From Ignavibacteriota bacterium (lineage in GTDB: Bacteria > Bacteroidota > Ignavibacteria > UBA10030 > CAVZMI01): 64,000 nucleotides of DNA. Each line of letters opens with the position of its first letter. Position 1 is the stretch's first letter. Made by a program: the position numbers and the translations under genes. The DNA is taken from the NCBI GenBank assembly GCA_963776275.1, contig CAVZMI010000023.1, forward strand, positions 256,001-320,000, read 5' to 3'. A model generated the notes under the pieces. It did no database searches. It was not told the DNA's origin and saw only the letters and a list, made by a program, of their open reading frames with translations. Positions 42,004-51,774 of the stretch are shown piece after piece.

Positions 42004-44277
42004 ATGAAGAATATCTTTCGTTGTCTGCTCTTTTGCATCCTTGCAGTCCCCGTCGTTGCTCAGGCGGTTGATGGCGAACTGGGCGTTTCCGTCTTTACAA
42101 CAGCGGAGATCACAGGGGCTGTGTCAGGGAGCCCGATTACATACAGGATTCAGTATTACTATAGAGGACTCCTCCCGGGCCCGAATGTCATCCTCACCGA
42201 TGTTGGATCTCCTTTGGTAGTGTTTCAGTCGGCGAGTGTGATGCCGACACGGCAGAACGGGGACACCCTCATCTGGGACCTCGGCACGCTGGACGTGGCG
42301 TTCAACGGTGAAATTGAGGTCATAGATCGGGTGAAGGACGGTCTCACAACAGGGACGAAGATCGAGAATACAGCGCTTATCTACGGAGGAGTCATCGAAG
42401 AGGACTCCACAAATAATGTATGCACCTCCGTTGCGGAGATCGAATCGCCATTTCCGGACATGTTGGATCTAATCACCGGGATTATTGAGACACCGGGACG
42501 CAGCCCGACTTCGATGGCGGAAGAGGGAATGCCCGTAACACTTATTGTCCAGTACTTCAACGACTCCTACTATGATGCGTCGGGCGTTTCTATCACCGAT
42601 ACGCTGTCGCCGAACCTGCAATTCATCTCCGCGGATCCTCCGCCGATATCCGTTTCTGGTCAGGTAGTCACGTGGGACGTAGGAGACGTCCCTTCACTGC
42701 AATTAGGTCAGGTGAAGTTCCTGGTGCGTCCCGTAAGAAGCGGAGAAGCACGTATCATTGCTGGCGTGTACAGCATCTCCGGTGACCGCGACAGTTCCAA
42801 CAATGTCGTCGACTATACATTCGACGTTGTTCCCGTCCTTGAGCCACTCGTCACGAGCCCGGCAGTTACTCCCGGCGAAAGCCGCGACACGTTGGTAACG
42901 ACAGGGAATCCCGTGTTCGAAGGGTTTGCCAGGGCAGGGGCGACGGTGTCGTTATACGAAATAGATAGCGCCGGCTGCAGCGACCCGCTCCTGCAATGCA
43001 ACCCGGTGCTTCTCGGTCAGGGAGTTGCGGATGCAACTCGGCGCTGGAAAATCACTCCTGTGGGAATTACCAACCCCGGCGCGCATCACCTCTGTCTGCA
43101 GGCTGCCTATCAGGGAAGCGTCTCCGTTCCTCTCAATGGGTTCTGGGTCCCATTCATCGTGTATATCGATTCGACGCTTGATTCCGGGGGCTATGACATG
43201 AGCAGCTACACAATTACCGTGGGACACTTCACCTACCATCCTGGCGGATTCGGCGGAAATGTCAGACTTCTTCCCAATCAACCGATCACGATTAGTCTTC
43301 GTGTGAATGTGCCTCCGTTGATAGCGGCGGATACTGCAATATGGAGGTACTACCCACTCCACCTTACGATTTGGAGGTCGGGAGATGTTATAGAAGATAC
43401 GTTATACCCGTCGATAGAACCGGTGGGTCTGCCGCGTGCCGCGCCGAGAGGTGGTTCAGGAAGAGATGCCCTCCTTGTAGTCTTTGACTTTCATTGGCAT
43501 CTGCCATTCCTCAACAATGGTGACGAAGATACAATCGATCCGCCCCCTCCTCCAAAGCCTGGTTGCCCCGGGTGTACGCCCATTCCCCGGCCTCGTCCGA
43601 GACCCACACCGATTGACCCTGCAGGATTTGTCTATGATCTTGATCTTGCGCGAACGGAGTACAAATGGCCCGCTGTTCCCCCTGCTGGAACTCTGATTAC
43701 CACCGCAACCGTGACAGCGTATGAACGCACGGGGGATTCGACGTTCGTGCATTGGCCTGCAGAAGACTGGATGCAGGTCAATCCCCAGATAACCGATGCC
43801 AGTACGGAAGACAGCGTTAAGGTCGAGGGGTACTTCTCGTTCCTTGTCCCGTCAGGACAATACCGCATCAGTTCACAGGCGCCGGGATACTTCGATGGCT
43901 CCAGTGGGATACTCACCGTGATCAACAATCCGATCTACTACAATATCGGCATGCGGCAGGTACCAAAAGGCTCCACCGGGATCCGTAGTGATAGACTGCA
44001 GAGCAATCAGGTACGTAACTATGAGCTTTTCCAGAACTACCCCAACCCCTTTAATCCGAGTACAACAATCCGCTACGAGTTGCCGAAGGCAATTCATGTC
44101 ACTCTCACGGTGTACGATATACTCGGTAGAAAAGTCGCAACACTTGTGAACGGTGTCGAAGAACCTGGATACAAGTCGGTGCACTGGGATGCAAGTGAAA
44201 TGGCCAGCGGAGTCTACTTCTACCGTTTGCAGGCTGGTAATTTAGTTAAGACAAAAAAACTTATTTTACTTAAATAG
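42004..44277 (+). CDS. T9SS-secreted protein with DUF11-like repeats, Ig-like domains and a Pro-rich linker
   Basis: Signal peptide, two ITDTL..F.SA / D..NN repeats, QNYPNPFNPSTTI C-terminal domain. Confidence 0.85.
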   Translation: MKNIFRCLLFCILAVPVVAQAVDGELGVSVFTTAEITGAVSGSPITYRIQYYYRGLLPGPNVILTDVGSPLVVFQSASVMPTRQNGDTLIWDLGTLDVAFNGEIEVIDRVKDGLTTGTKIENTALIYGGVIEEDSTNNVCTSVAEIESPFPDMLDLITGIIETPGRSPTSMAEEGMPVTLIVQYFNDSYYDASGVSITDTLSPNLQFISADPPPISVSGQVVTWDVGDVPSLQLGQVKFLVRPVRSGEARIIAGVYSISGDRDSSNNVVDYTFDVVPVLEPLVTSPAVTPGESRDTLVTTGNPVFEGFARAGATVSLYEIDSAGCSDPLLQCNPVLLGQGVADATRRWKITPVGITNPGAHHLCLQAAYQGSVSVPLNGFWVPFIVYIDSTLDSGGYDMSSYTITVGHFTYHPGGFGGNVRLLPNQPITISLRVNVPPLIAADTAIWRYYPLHLTIWRSGDVIEDTLYPSIEPVGLPRAAPRGGSGRDALLVVFDFHWHLPFLNNGDEDTIDPPPPPKPGCPGCTPIPRPRPRPTPIDPAGFVYDLDLARTEYKWPAVPPAGTLITTATVTAYERTGDSTFVHWPAEDWMQVNPQITDASTEDSVKVEGYFSFLVPSGQYRISSQAPGYFDGSSGILTVINNPIYYNIGMRQVPKGSTGIRSDRLQSNQVRNYELFQNYPNPFNPSTTIRYELPKAIHVTLTVYDILGRKVATLVNGVEEPGYKSVHWDASEMASGVYFYRLQAGNLVKTKKLILLK

Positions 44278-45972
44278 TATCAGATGATACCTACTGTAGG
44301 CTGTAAATAAATTAGTATAACAGACCTCAAGAGTCAAGAGGTAGAAGGTCGATGTACTGCTTGACGACTGAGGGAGTAAGACGAATGATGCGAGATATGA
44401 CATCAGCGTCATCAAATTTAGTAGAAAGTAATTTCACTGATTCAAAATCACGGATATAGCGTTCGACAGCTTCTTTTGAGTGATTAGTTTTCTGACAGAT
44501 GGTCGGAACGAGGTATCCTTTGAGGTAAAGAGCGATAATTTGTTTTTTATGTGTTTGTCCACTGCCAATGAGTTGAATGTTCCCGCGGGTTGGCAGAGGC
44601 CGATTGTAAAGGTTTTGATATTCACGGACATACTCGCCAGCAGTAAGGTCGGTCATGGTCAGAAGTACGGCAAGATCAAGTTGAGAAAGCAAGGCACCCT
44701 GATCGAAGGCTTGTGTGGTCCACCGTTCGATTTTTTTAAGGCGCAACTCACGGTGATGGATCGGAGTGCATAGATCTTCGATGTCAGAATCTGTGATAAT
44801 ATCGAGAATGATTGGTTGCAGTTTGGTCTGGGCCATGGATTTACCCTTTTTCGGATATTCATCGATAGGGACGGCATGCCAGGCCATTTGACCTTGTTTG
44901 AGGAAAGAGTTATCGGTATAGCGGTAGTAGTGCTCAATGAGGGCGAGCAAGTCATCGATAATAGCGGAGGCTGTGATGGTCCCTTTATCATAGCCGTAGT
45001 GATTAAGAAATCGATCTAGGAGAATATGTTTGAGGGATTTGCCTTTGATGCGTTTGTATTTACGCTCAGCAATAACACTGGCAGAGAAGTAGCGGGTATC
45101 GCGGGGTAAGAACTGCAAGTTCTTGGCAATCATAGCGTTAAGCTCCTTTTTTTTCGGTTGTTGGAGCAGCCGTTTCAGTTGAGAGCTTGACGCATGGTGT
45201 TTGAGGAGTTGCAGGTATTCACCAATCAGACGGTGTGAGAATCCGGTAGAGATCCGGATTTGATCGACAGAGAAGTCTTTTTTTCTCAGGAGAATAACCC
45301 GGGCAAAATCTTGGATGTAACGTTTGATGGCAGACTCTGAGTGTTTAGTACGGCGTTCGATATCGGAAAACTGATGACCGGAGAGATAGAGGGCAAGAAT
45401 CTGTGCTTTGTGCGTTTGTCCGCGCCCCATCTCATGGCGCCAGCCCCGGGAAGGAAGGATGATCCCTTTCTTTTTCATCTGGCTCATATCGCGTTTGATG
45501 GTGACGACGCTGCAGGTGAGAATGAAAGCGATATCTTCGTAGGACAGGGCACCGCCTTGATCGATAGCTTCATTTGTGATACGGACGATCTTATGGTGGC
45601 GGAGACCTCGAAGACCTGATTTTTTGTAGACGGGGAGATCTTCCTCAGGCTTATGCAGAGTAAGCTTGACGGAGACCTTTTTACAAAGCGCTAGTGGTTT
45701 ACCGGCGGGTTCGTTCTCATCGACTGCCAGGTAATGAAGTTGACCGGCATGAAGTTCTACTTCTGCATGATTGAGAAAATACTCGCTGATCTGTGTGAAA
45801 TACGCTTCAGCGAGGATCGGGGTGAGATTAAAGTCGCGAGCGATACTTGCAACGATCGACTGCTTAACTGATTTAGACTGTAATCGATTGCTGAGTTGTT
45901 GGTCGTGCATGTGATACCTCCGGCGTATGAATGATGAATGTAACCTTTTTTTGCCTTGGTATCACCTGATAC
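44277..45972 (-). mobile_element. Putative 1696-bp DUF1670 element with palindromic ends
   Basis: GTATCAGATGATACC (44277-44291) and GGTATCACCTGATAC (45958-45972), a 14/15 inverted match. Confidence 0.7.
44327..45910 (-). CDS. Tandem DUF1670-like protein; probably two genes, the second starting at 45133
   Basis: Twice QGAL...DxA..L...LPxRG....G.GQTHK..I.ALYL.G...HS..A..RY..DF; internal AAGGAG-N9-ATG. Confidence 0.8.
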   Translation of the reverse strand: MHDQQLSNRLQSKSVKQSIVASIARDFNLTPILAEAYFTQISEYFLNHAEVELHAGQLHYLAVDENEPAGKPLALCKKVSVKLTLHKPEEDLPVYKKSGLRGLRHHKIVRITNEAIDQGGALSYEDIAFILTCSVVTIKRDMSQMKKKGIILPSRGWRHEMGRGQTHKAQILALYLSGHQFSDIERRTKHSESAIKRYIQDFARVILLRKKDFSVDQIRISTGFSHRLIGEYLQLLKHHASSSQLKRLLQQPKKKELNAMIAKNLQFLPRDTRYFSASVIAERKYKRIKGKSLKHILLDRFLNHYGYDKGTITASAIIDDLLALIEHYYRYTDNSFLKQGQMAWHAVPIDEYPKKGKSMAQTKLQPIILDIITDSDIEDLCTPIHHRELRLKKIERWTTQAFDQGALLSQLDLAVLLTMTDLTAGEYVREYQNLYNRPLPTRGNIQLIGSGQTHKKQIIALYLKGYLVPTICQKTNHSKEAVERYIRDFESVKLLSTKFDDADVISRIIRLTPSVVKQYIDLLPLDS

Positions 45973-46036
45973 AAACTATAAATAACTTCAGCATCCACCG
46001 TATGTCGGGTGAGTGCGGCACACGAATCTGAAAACG

Positions 46037-46068
46037 AAACCGCCGATAGAAATATCGACGGTTTTTTT
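46037..46068. terminator. Bidirectional terminator
   Basis: AAACCGCCGATA-GAAA-TATCGACGGTTT-TTTT. Confidence 0.75.
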
Positions 46069-46135
46069 ATTAGCAATCATTAGCAAAAGTTTCCCACCCT
46101 CTGAACAACTACAAGGTGATGGTCACCACGGACTG

Positions 46136-46789
46136 TCATAAGACGCGGAACTTCACACCACAACCTGCATAGATGTTTATGATACGCCAGCTTACATCCG
46201 ATTGTACTTTTGTTAGTCCGTATGCAAATGTCACCTGAGGAGTAAGATCGATATCCCTTGCTATAGGAATCTCATACCCTGCTCCCACTTTTAATGCAAA
46301 CCGCGCCTGCATATCTTTTAATGAGCCTTTTTGTTTACCATAATCCTGACCCTGGATCGTTGTCGAAACCTCGTATGAACCCTCGACATTGATACCAAAC
46401 GATGGTCCAGCAATAAAATACAATCCACTGCGCTGTAGTTTTAATCTGAATAAAGCGTCGATAGTAAAATATCCTACACTTGATGAGTAATCTTGTGAGT
46501 AGTTACCATAATAAGGATCAGTCCCGCTTTTTGAATAGGAACCGCTCATATTATCGTAAAAAATTAGGCGAGTTAAAATTCCAATTGTTGGCGAAAATGA
46601 CATATCTGCTTCTCCGCCTATCATAAATCCTAAACCTGTACCTGTCTCCTGTATATCAGATCCGGAATGAATGTTGAAATTAAATCCCGTCACAGGTCCT
46701 ATAGCCATGTGGAATTGGGCTAAGCTTGGTGTTGCCGCCATGCACAAGCCAATAAGCAGAGCTAGAACAAATAGTGTAATTTTTTTCAT
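46136..46789 (-). CDS. Outer membrane beta-barrel (porin family)
   Basis: Signal peptide, amphipathic strands, AGPSFG, GAGYE. Confidence 0.85.
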   Translation of the reverse strand: MKKITLFVLALLIGLCMAATPSLAQFHMAIGPVTGFNFNIHSGSDIQETGTGLGFMIGGEADMSFSPTIGILTRLIFYDNMSGSYSKSGTDPYYGNYSQDYSSSVGYFTIDALFRLKLQRSGLYFIAGPSFGINVEGSYEVSTTIQGQDYGKQKGSLKDMQARFALKVGAGYEIPIARDIDLTPQVTFAYGLTKVQSDVSWRIINIYAGCGVKFRVL

Positions 46790-47063
46790 AATAGGGTTCC
46801 TCTCGGTTATTGAATGGGTACTATGTTCGTTAAGTATGACATCGTTGATGATGCTTTGGTGGTAGGATCTTCAACTCTTTAATAAAATTATCGGCAGTAT
46901 ATAGGATATACTTTAGATAGCCTTACCCGTCTAAGAGCAATATTACAAAACGAAATTGGAAGAAACAAGAGAATATTAAACTATTAAGAGAGAAAAATTG
47001 TATAAAAAAAGCCGAATATTGTAAGAATATCCGGCTAATAAAAAACTTCAAGAGATGATTCTC

Positions 47064-49148
47064 CTACTTCATCAGGACCATCTTCCTCGTAACGGCCATT
47101 TCCGGTGCCCCTTTCTGTGCGATTACCAAACGATAAAAATAGATACCGCTTGATACATTATTGCCATTCCGATCCATTCCATTCGACCGTATAATTCCCG
47201 GGAACAAGATCGCCGTCGGCAAGTGACGTTACAAATTCACCCAGAACGTTGAAGACATCAAGATTTACCTTTGCAGCACGCGGGAGTGAGAACCTGATAT
47301 TCGTCGATTGATTGAACGGATTGGGGTAGTTCTGGTTCAATTCGAACGATCCCGGTACTTCCTGATCGGCCATCTTAATTCCTGTCAAAGTAGTCAGAGA
47401 TGCCCGGAGGATTGCAACGGCATACTTCGCGTTATGAATACCCATGCTGCCATCATTCTTTACAAAGTAGTAGTTCCAGATTGCGGGATAGTTGTTCGGA
47501 TTGCTTTTTATGTTCATCGAATCTTTCTTGAAATCAGCCAGCAATGTCACCGGTTCACCATCGGCACCCTTTGGCAAGATCGCTTTTAGCTGATCTAGTA
47601 GACCCTGAATCTCAGCCTGAACGCTCTCTATTTTTCCGTTGCCATCGTAATCATATCCTGCCCGTATATCTTCGAACGACTGGATATTTCCATGGCATTG
47701 ACGGCATGCCGTGATCTTATCGACTCCGGCACTATCCATCGACATTTCGTGGTCAGAATTCGTTGCCCTGTAAGCCATGTGACATGTGACGCAGCCATTC
47801 TCCAATCCTTGATGTGTTCCCAAACCTGTGAGGTCGAGTCCAAATTCATATGCATTTGCACCTAGGTACATGTCGGCCTGTGTTCCATAATGAGGATAGA
47901 AACGATCGCGCCATGTTTGTTGCTGACTTGCGATTCGGGTCATTGCATTTTCACGGCCGCGGTGACAGTTCATGCAGAGTCGACCCGTTCCCCCAATACC
48001 GGCCGGCGGCACATAACCGTTTGCAAGAGAATCAAGAGAGACAGTCCGTAACTGTACCGGATTCGCCCCACTATGCGGATCATGACATACCTGGCAGGAG
48101 ATCGATTCCGTTACAACGACTCTGGAATAATCGGGAGATTTTTTGTTCGCAGCATACGCGATAAAAGACGACGGATTATGACAAGGATAACAGCTTGAGC
48201 GTGATGCCTCCTCGCTACTCAACGGCATCGTCGCATGTGTGGAGGCCTTCCAGTATTGTCCGATATTGTGATGCGGCGGCGCATCATGGCATTGCATACA
48301 GACACTCGCGTCCATGGATGCTTCTATATACTTTTTGTTGCCGGTCCTCTTATGATCATTAGCCGTCCGTGGCAACTTTCGCATCCGATTTTAGCGACCG
48401 GTAGTAATTGTGGATAATTTGTGTTGAGGTTACTCCAGACAGTCGTATCACCATTATGAATGAGAAACTCACCACCCCCCGCACTTCTCAAGCCTTTATA
48501 CCATGTGGTATCCCAGCCGGATATTTTTGCCAGATATCCAAAGTTTCCATTATCCGCATCTTTATTATACCCGGTCGTGTGACAACTGATGCAAAATGGT
48601 GCATAGACTCCATCACCAAAGGCATTGACTTCGATTTGACCCGTCAGAGCCCTATGGAACATCGTTGCATGAGCGGTTTGAGGATACGCCTGTAACTTTC
48701 CATCCGGATAGATGTAGTTATGGCAGATACATGTATACTCATCGACGAATCCGGAATATATACTCGCATATAATGTATCTGAAGCCGAAATCGAGCCATT
48801 AACGGTGACGGTTACAATGTATCTACCAACGACATCCGCTGTAAAACCGGTGTTCATCTGGTTTGTATTATCAAGGGTAACGGCAGATCCGACCGGTCCG
48901 GATATCATCCATGCAAACGATGTTGCCGCTGTTGCTCCAGAACCAGTCGTATCGACCGACAAATATGCTTTTTCGCCCTTCCCTATAGCATGCAACCCTC
49001 TCGATGTCGGAGCCGATGAGGTCAACCCAAGGCTCGCCTTATTGCCGGGTGTGACACCGATCCTCTTAACCTTTACCGTCTGGGCCATGACACTTCCCAT
49101 CAAACAACCCAAGAGGAAGAAAGTACAAACCGGTACCCCTCTTCTCAT
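47064..49148 (-). CDS. Multiheme cytochrome c with T9SS C-terminal domain; frameshifts near 48362 and 47175
   Basis: Eight CxxCH motifs plus one CxCH; QNYPNPFN; shifted tail SSGIYFYRL...KMVLMK. Confidence 0.85.
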
Positions 49149-49344
49149 ATTAATTCCTACTGTCGCTTTGAATTTACTAATCCCACGGCCGCCCACACTC
49201 AAATCTCCTCACAAGTGACGGTATAGCTGGCCACCCTCAATTAAATAAATCCCATGCCAAGGAAATCCATTGAAATACCGGTAAAAAAGAACTGATCCTC
49301 CTAATTTTTCTTAAAAGTAATAACTTTTTCCCGTAATTAGGATG

Positions 49345-50268
49345 CTATTGAAATCGCGGGTTGTCTCCGAAATGATATCCCTTCAAGAATTCGGTTGTAT
49401 GAAGGCGCTTTTTCCCCTCTTGCTGCAACTCAAGCACTTCAAGCACACCTTTGCCTGTAAAAACTTTTATGAATTCATTTTCAACAACAATCCGGCCCGG
49501 GATTCCTGTCTCCTCCTCTGAATAAATTCTGGTGCGATAAATCTTCAACGACTTTCCGGTATGGTGAGTAAATGCCCCTGGAATCGGAGAGAGTCCACGG
49601 ATGAAATTATGGACCTGCTGCACCGGTTTTGTCCAATCGATCGCGCATTGTTCACGAAATATTTTCGGAGCCGGAGTAGCATCTTTTTCGTTCTGAGGCT
49701 GCGGATTTATCTTTCTCTGTTCTATGAGACGGATCGTCGAAAGAACTGCCTCGGCCCCCAGAATCATCAAGCGATCATAGAGTTCACCGGCCGTTTCATT
49801 TTCCCCCACATTGATTCTGGCCTGAAGAATAACATTCCCCGTGTCAATTTTTTCCTGAAGGAAGAATGTCGTGACGCCGGTTTCCCGCTCACCGTTGATC
49901 AGCGCCCACTGTATCGGAGCGGCGCCGCGATACTTTGGTAAAAGCGACGCATGCAGGTTAAAGGCACCGAGTTTAGGAATAGTGAAAATCTCGGGAGGGA
50001 GAATCCGGAATCCGACAACGACGATACAGTCGGGAGCAAGTTGGTAAACAGTCTTCACAAACGACGGTTCCCTCAGGGCATCGGGCTGGAGGACCGGGAG
50101 CGAATGTTCTACGGCAAATTTCTTCACGGGAGTAAATGAGATTTCGCGTCCACGACCGCGCGGTTTGTCGGTTGCGGTAACGACAGCCTTGATCGTATAT
50201 CCATGATCGAAAAGGATTGTAAGACTGGGAACTGCAAACTCCGGAGTTCCCATAAAAATGATGTCCAT
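49345..50268 (-). CDS. fmt: Methionyl-tRNA formyltransferase
   Basis: FMGTPEFA, NLHASLLPKYRGAAPI. Confidence 0.97.
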   Translation of the reverse strand: MDIIFMGTPEFAVPSLTILFDHGYTIKAVVTATDKPRGRGREISFTPVKKFAVEHSLPVLQPDALREPSFVKTVYQLAPDCIVVVGFRILPPEIFTIPKLGAFNLHASLLPKYRGAAPIQWALINGERETGVTTFFLQEKIDTGNVILQARINVGENETAGELYDRLMILGAEAVLSTIRLIEQRKINPQPQNEKDATPAPKIFREQCAIDWTKPVQQVHNFIRGLSPIPGAFTHHTGKSLKIYRTRIYSEEETGIPGRIVVENEFIKVFTGKGVLEVLELQQEGKKRLHTTEFLKGYHFGDNPRFQ

Positions 50269-50286
50269 TCCTGTTTATCTATATAG

Positions 50287-50838
50287 TTATAATTTAACGC
50301 CCGCCGCAACCGGGTACGACGTCTCGGTTTCCCCCTTTTTGATCTTTACGAACTTCCCTTTCATCTGTCGTCGCCTGGTTGGGTTCAAGTGGTCTGTAAA
50401 AAGAATACCGTCCAGGTGATCTATCTCATGAAGGATTACACGTGCAAGCAGCCCGTGCGCATCTATTTCATGTTCATGAAAATTAATATCCCGGAAGCCA
50501 AGACGAATCGATGCGGCACGTGTCACCTCTTCCCGGATATCGGGGACACTCAGACACCCCTCTTCCATAACCCATTCACCGTCTTCTTTAATGACTTCCG
50601 GGTTGATCAGTACCAAAGGCTTTGTCCCTTTTCCTTCGTCGGTATCTGAAATATCGATGGTGATTATTCTCTGCAGCACGCCTACTTGATTTGCAGCAAG
50701 TCCGATGCCGTTGGCATTGCGCATTGTATCAAACATATCATATACCAGTGTAATTATCGAGTTATCAACGCTCTTTGCAGGTTTCGCTTTCTGACGAAGC
50801 ACATCTGCACCGAAAACATATATAGATAGAATCGACAC
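50287..50838 (-). CDS. def: Peptide deformylase
   Basis: GIGLAANQ, EGCLS, HEIDH. Confidence 0.97.
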   Translation of the reverse strand: MSILSIYVFGADVLRQKAKPAKSVDNSIITLVYDMFDTMRNANGIGLAANQVGVLQRIITIDISDTDEGKGTKPLVLINPEVIKEDGEWVMEEGCLSVPDIREEVTRAASIRLGFRDINFHEHEIDAHGLLARVILHEIDHLDGILFTDHLNPTRRRQMKGKFVKIKKGETETSYPVAAGVKL

Positions 50839-50844
50839 CGGTAT

Positions 50845-51765
50845 TTATCCTCCTTGTGCGTGAACCGTATTCTCTTCAACGGAAGGGAAAATGACCTCAG
50901 CGTGGACTTCCTTCCATAACGCGAGCTGACTCGCATAAAACAACATTCGCAGCCAGATTCTTGCACCAATGTATATCTGATGTAACACAAAAACAAGAAA
51001 AATCATTCCGTACGATGAGACAGGTTGGAAAATATCTTCAAGAAAATAGTATATTCCAAAAATCCCAACTCCAAATATAAAAAGAAGCACAAACAGACCG
51101 ATCGTCGTTCCTGCATTCGAAACTGTAAATTTCACGGCACCCCACCACTCTTTCATGACTTTCCTTTCTTCGCGAACCACGATGCTTATTTTTGCGTAAT
51201 CAAAAATAATATTCAGGAAAAAGAATATCAATGCGAGAAGAATATATCGAACAACAATGACCGAGATGCGAAGTATTTCCGATTCGGAAGCACCGAGCAG
51301 ATTTTCCGTTGCAGCTGTCCCCCAACGATTGACGAAAAAAAGTCCCAGATAAAAAAGCATTGAAAGAAGAAGAATTTTGAAGAAACGAAAGAAATACCTG
51401 ACTCCGCCGTAAAAAAAGTCTATGAAGAGCGTTTTTCTCTCACTGGAATGTAATACTGAAAGTAATCCGCCCAGGAGAAAGGTTTGAATCAGAATGTAGA
51501 TTGATCCGACGATAATCAGCGTGTTGGTAAACATTTCCAGCGTCGTCTGGTATTTAAAGAAGAATTCCTGATACCAGCGATATTCGAATCCCTGGAGCAA
51601 TGAATCGCCGACAAGACTTCCACTGAGATCCGTATTTAGGAGACGGAATAAAGTCATCGAGAGGATCATTGCAAAGGCAATGTTTATTATCCAAAGAAGA
51701 CCGATGAAGTGAAGATTGTTGTTCACTTTTTTCAGCCCCGACCGTATTGCCTCAAGAATTGCCAT
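50845..51765 (-). CDS. Hypothetical multi-pass membrane protein
   Basis: About six hydrophobic segments; co-oriented with the peptidase gene. Confidence 0.8.
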   Translation of the reverse strand: MAILEAIRSGLKKVNNNLHFIGLLWIINIAFAMILSMTLFRLLNTDLSGSLVGDSLLQGFEYRWYQEFFFKYQTTLEMFTNTLIIVGSIYILIQTFLLGGLLSVLHSSERKTLFIDFFYGGVRYFFRFFKILLLSMLFYLGLFFVNRWGTAATENLLGASESEILRISVIVVRYILLALIFFFLNIIFDYAKISIVVREERKVMKEWWGAVKFTVSNAGTTIGLFVLLFIFGVGIFGIYYFLEDIFQPVSSYGMIFLVFVLHQIYIGARIWLRMLFYASQLALWKEVHAEVIFPSVEENTVHAQGG

Positions 51766-51774
51766 AATAGGTAA

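Noticed and set aside
42004-44277. T9SS protein as a third integron cassette
   Set aside because: It follows an attC core, but no matching downstream attC (ACCTAAC) is visible.
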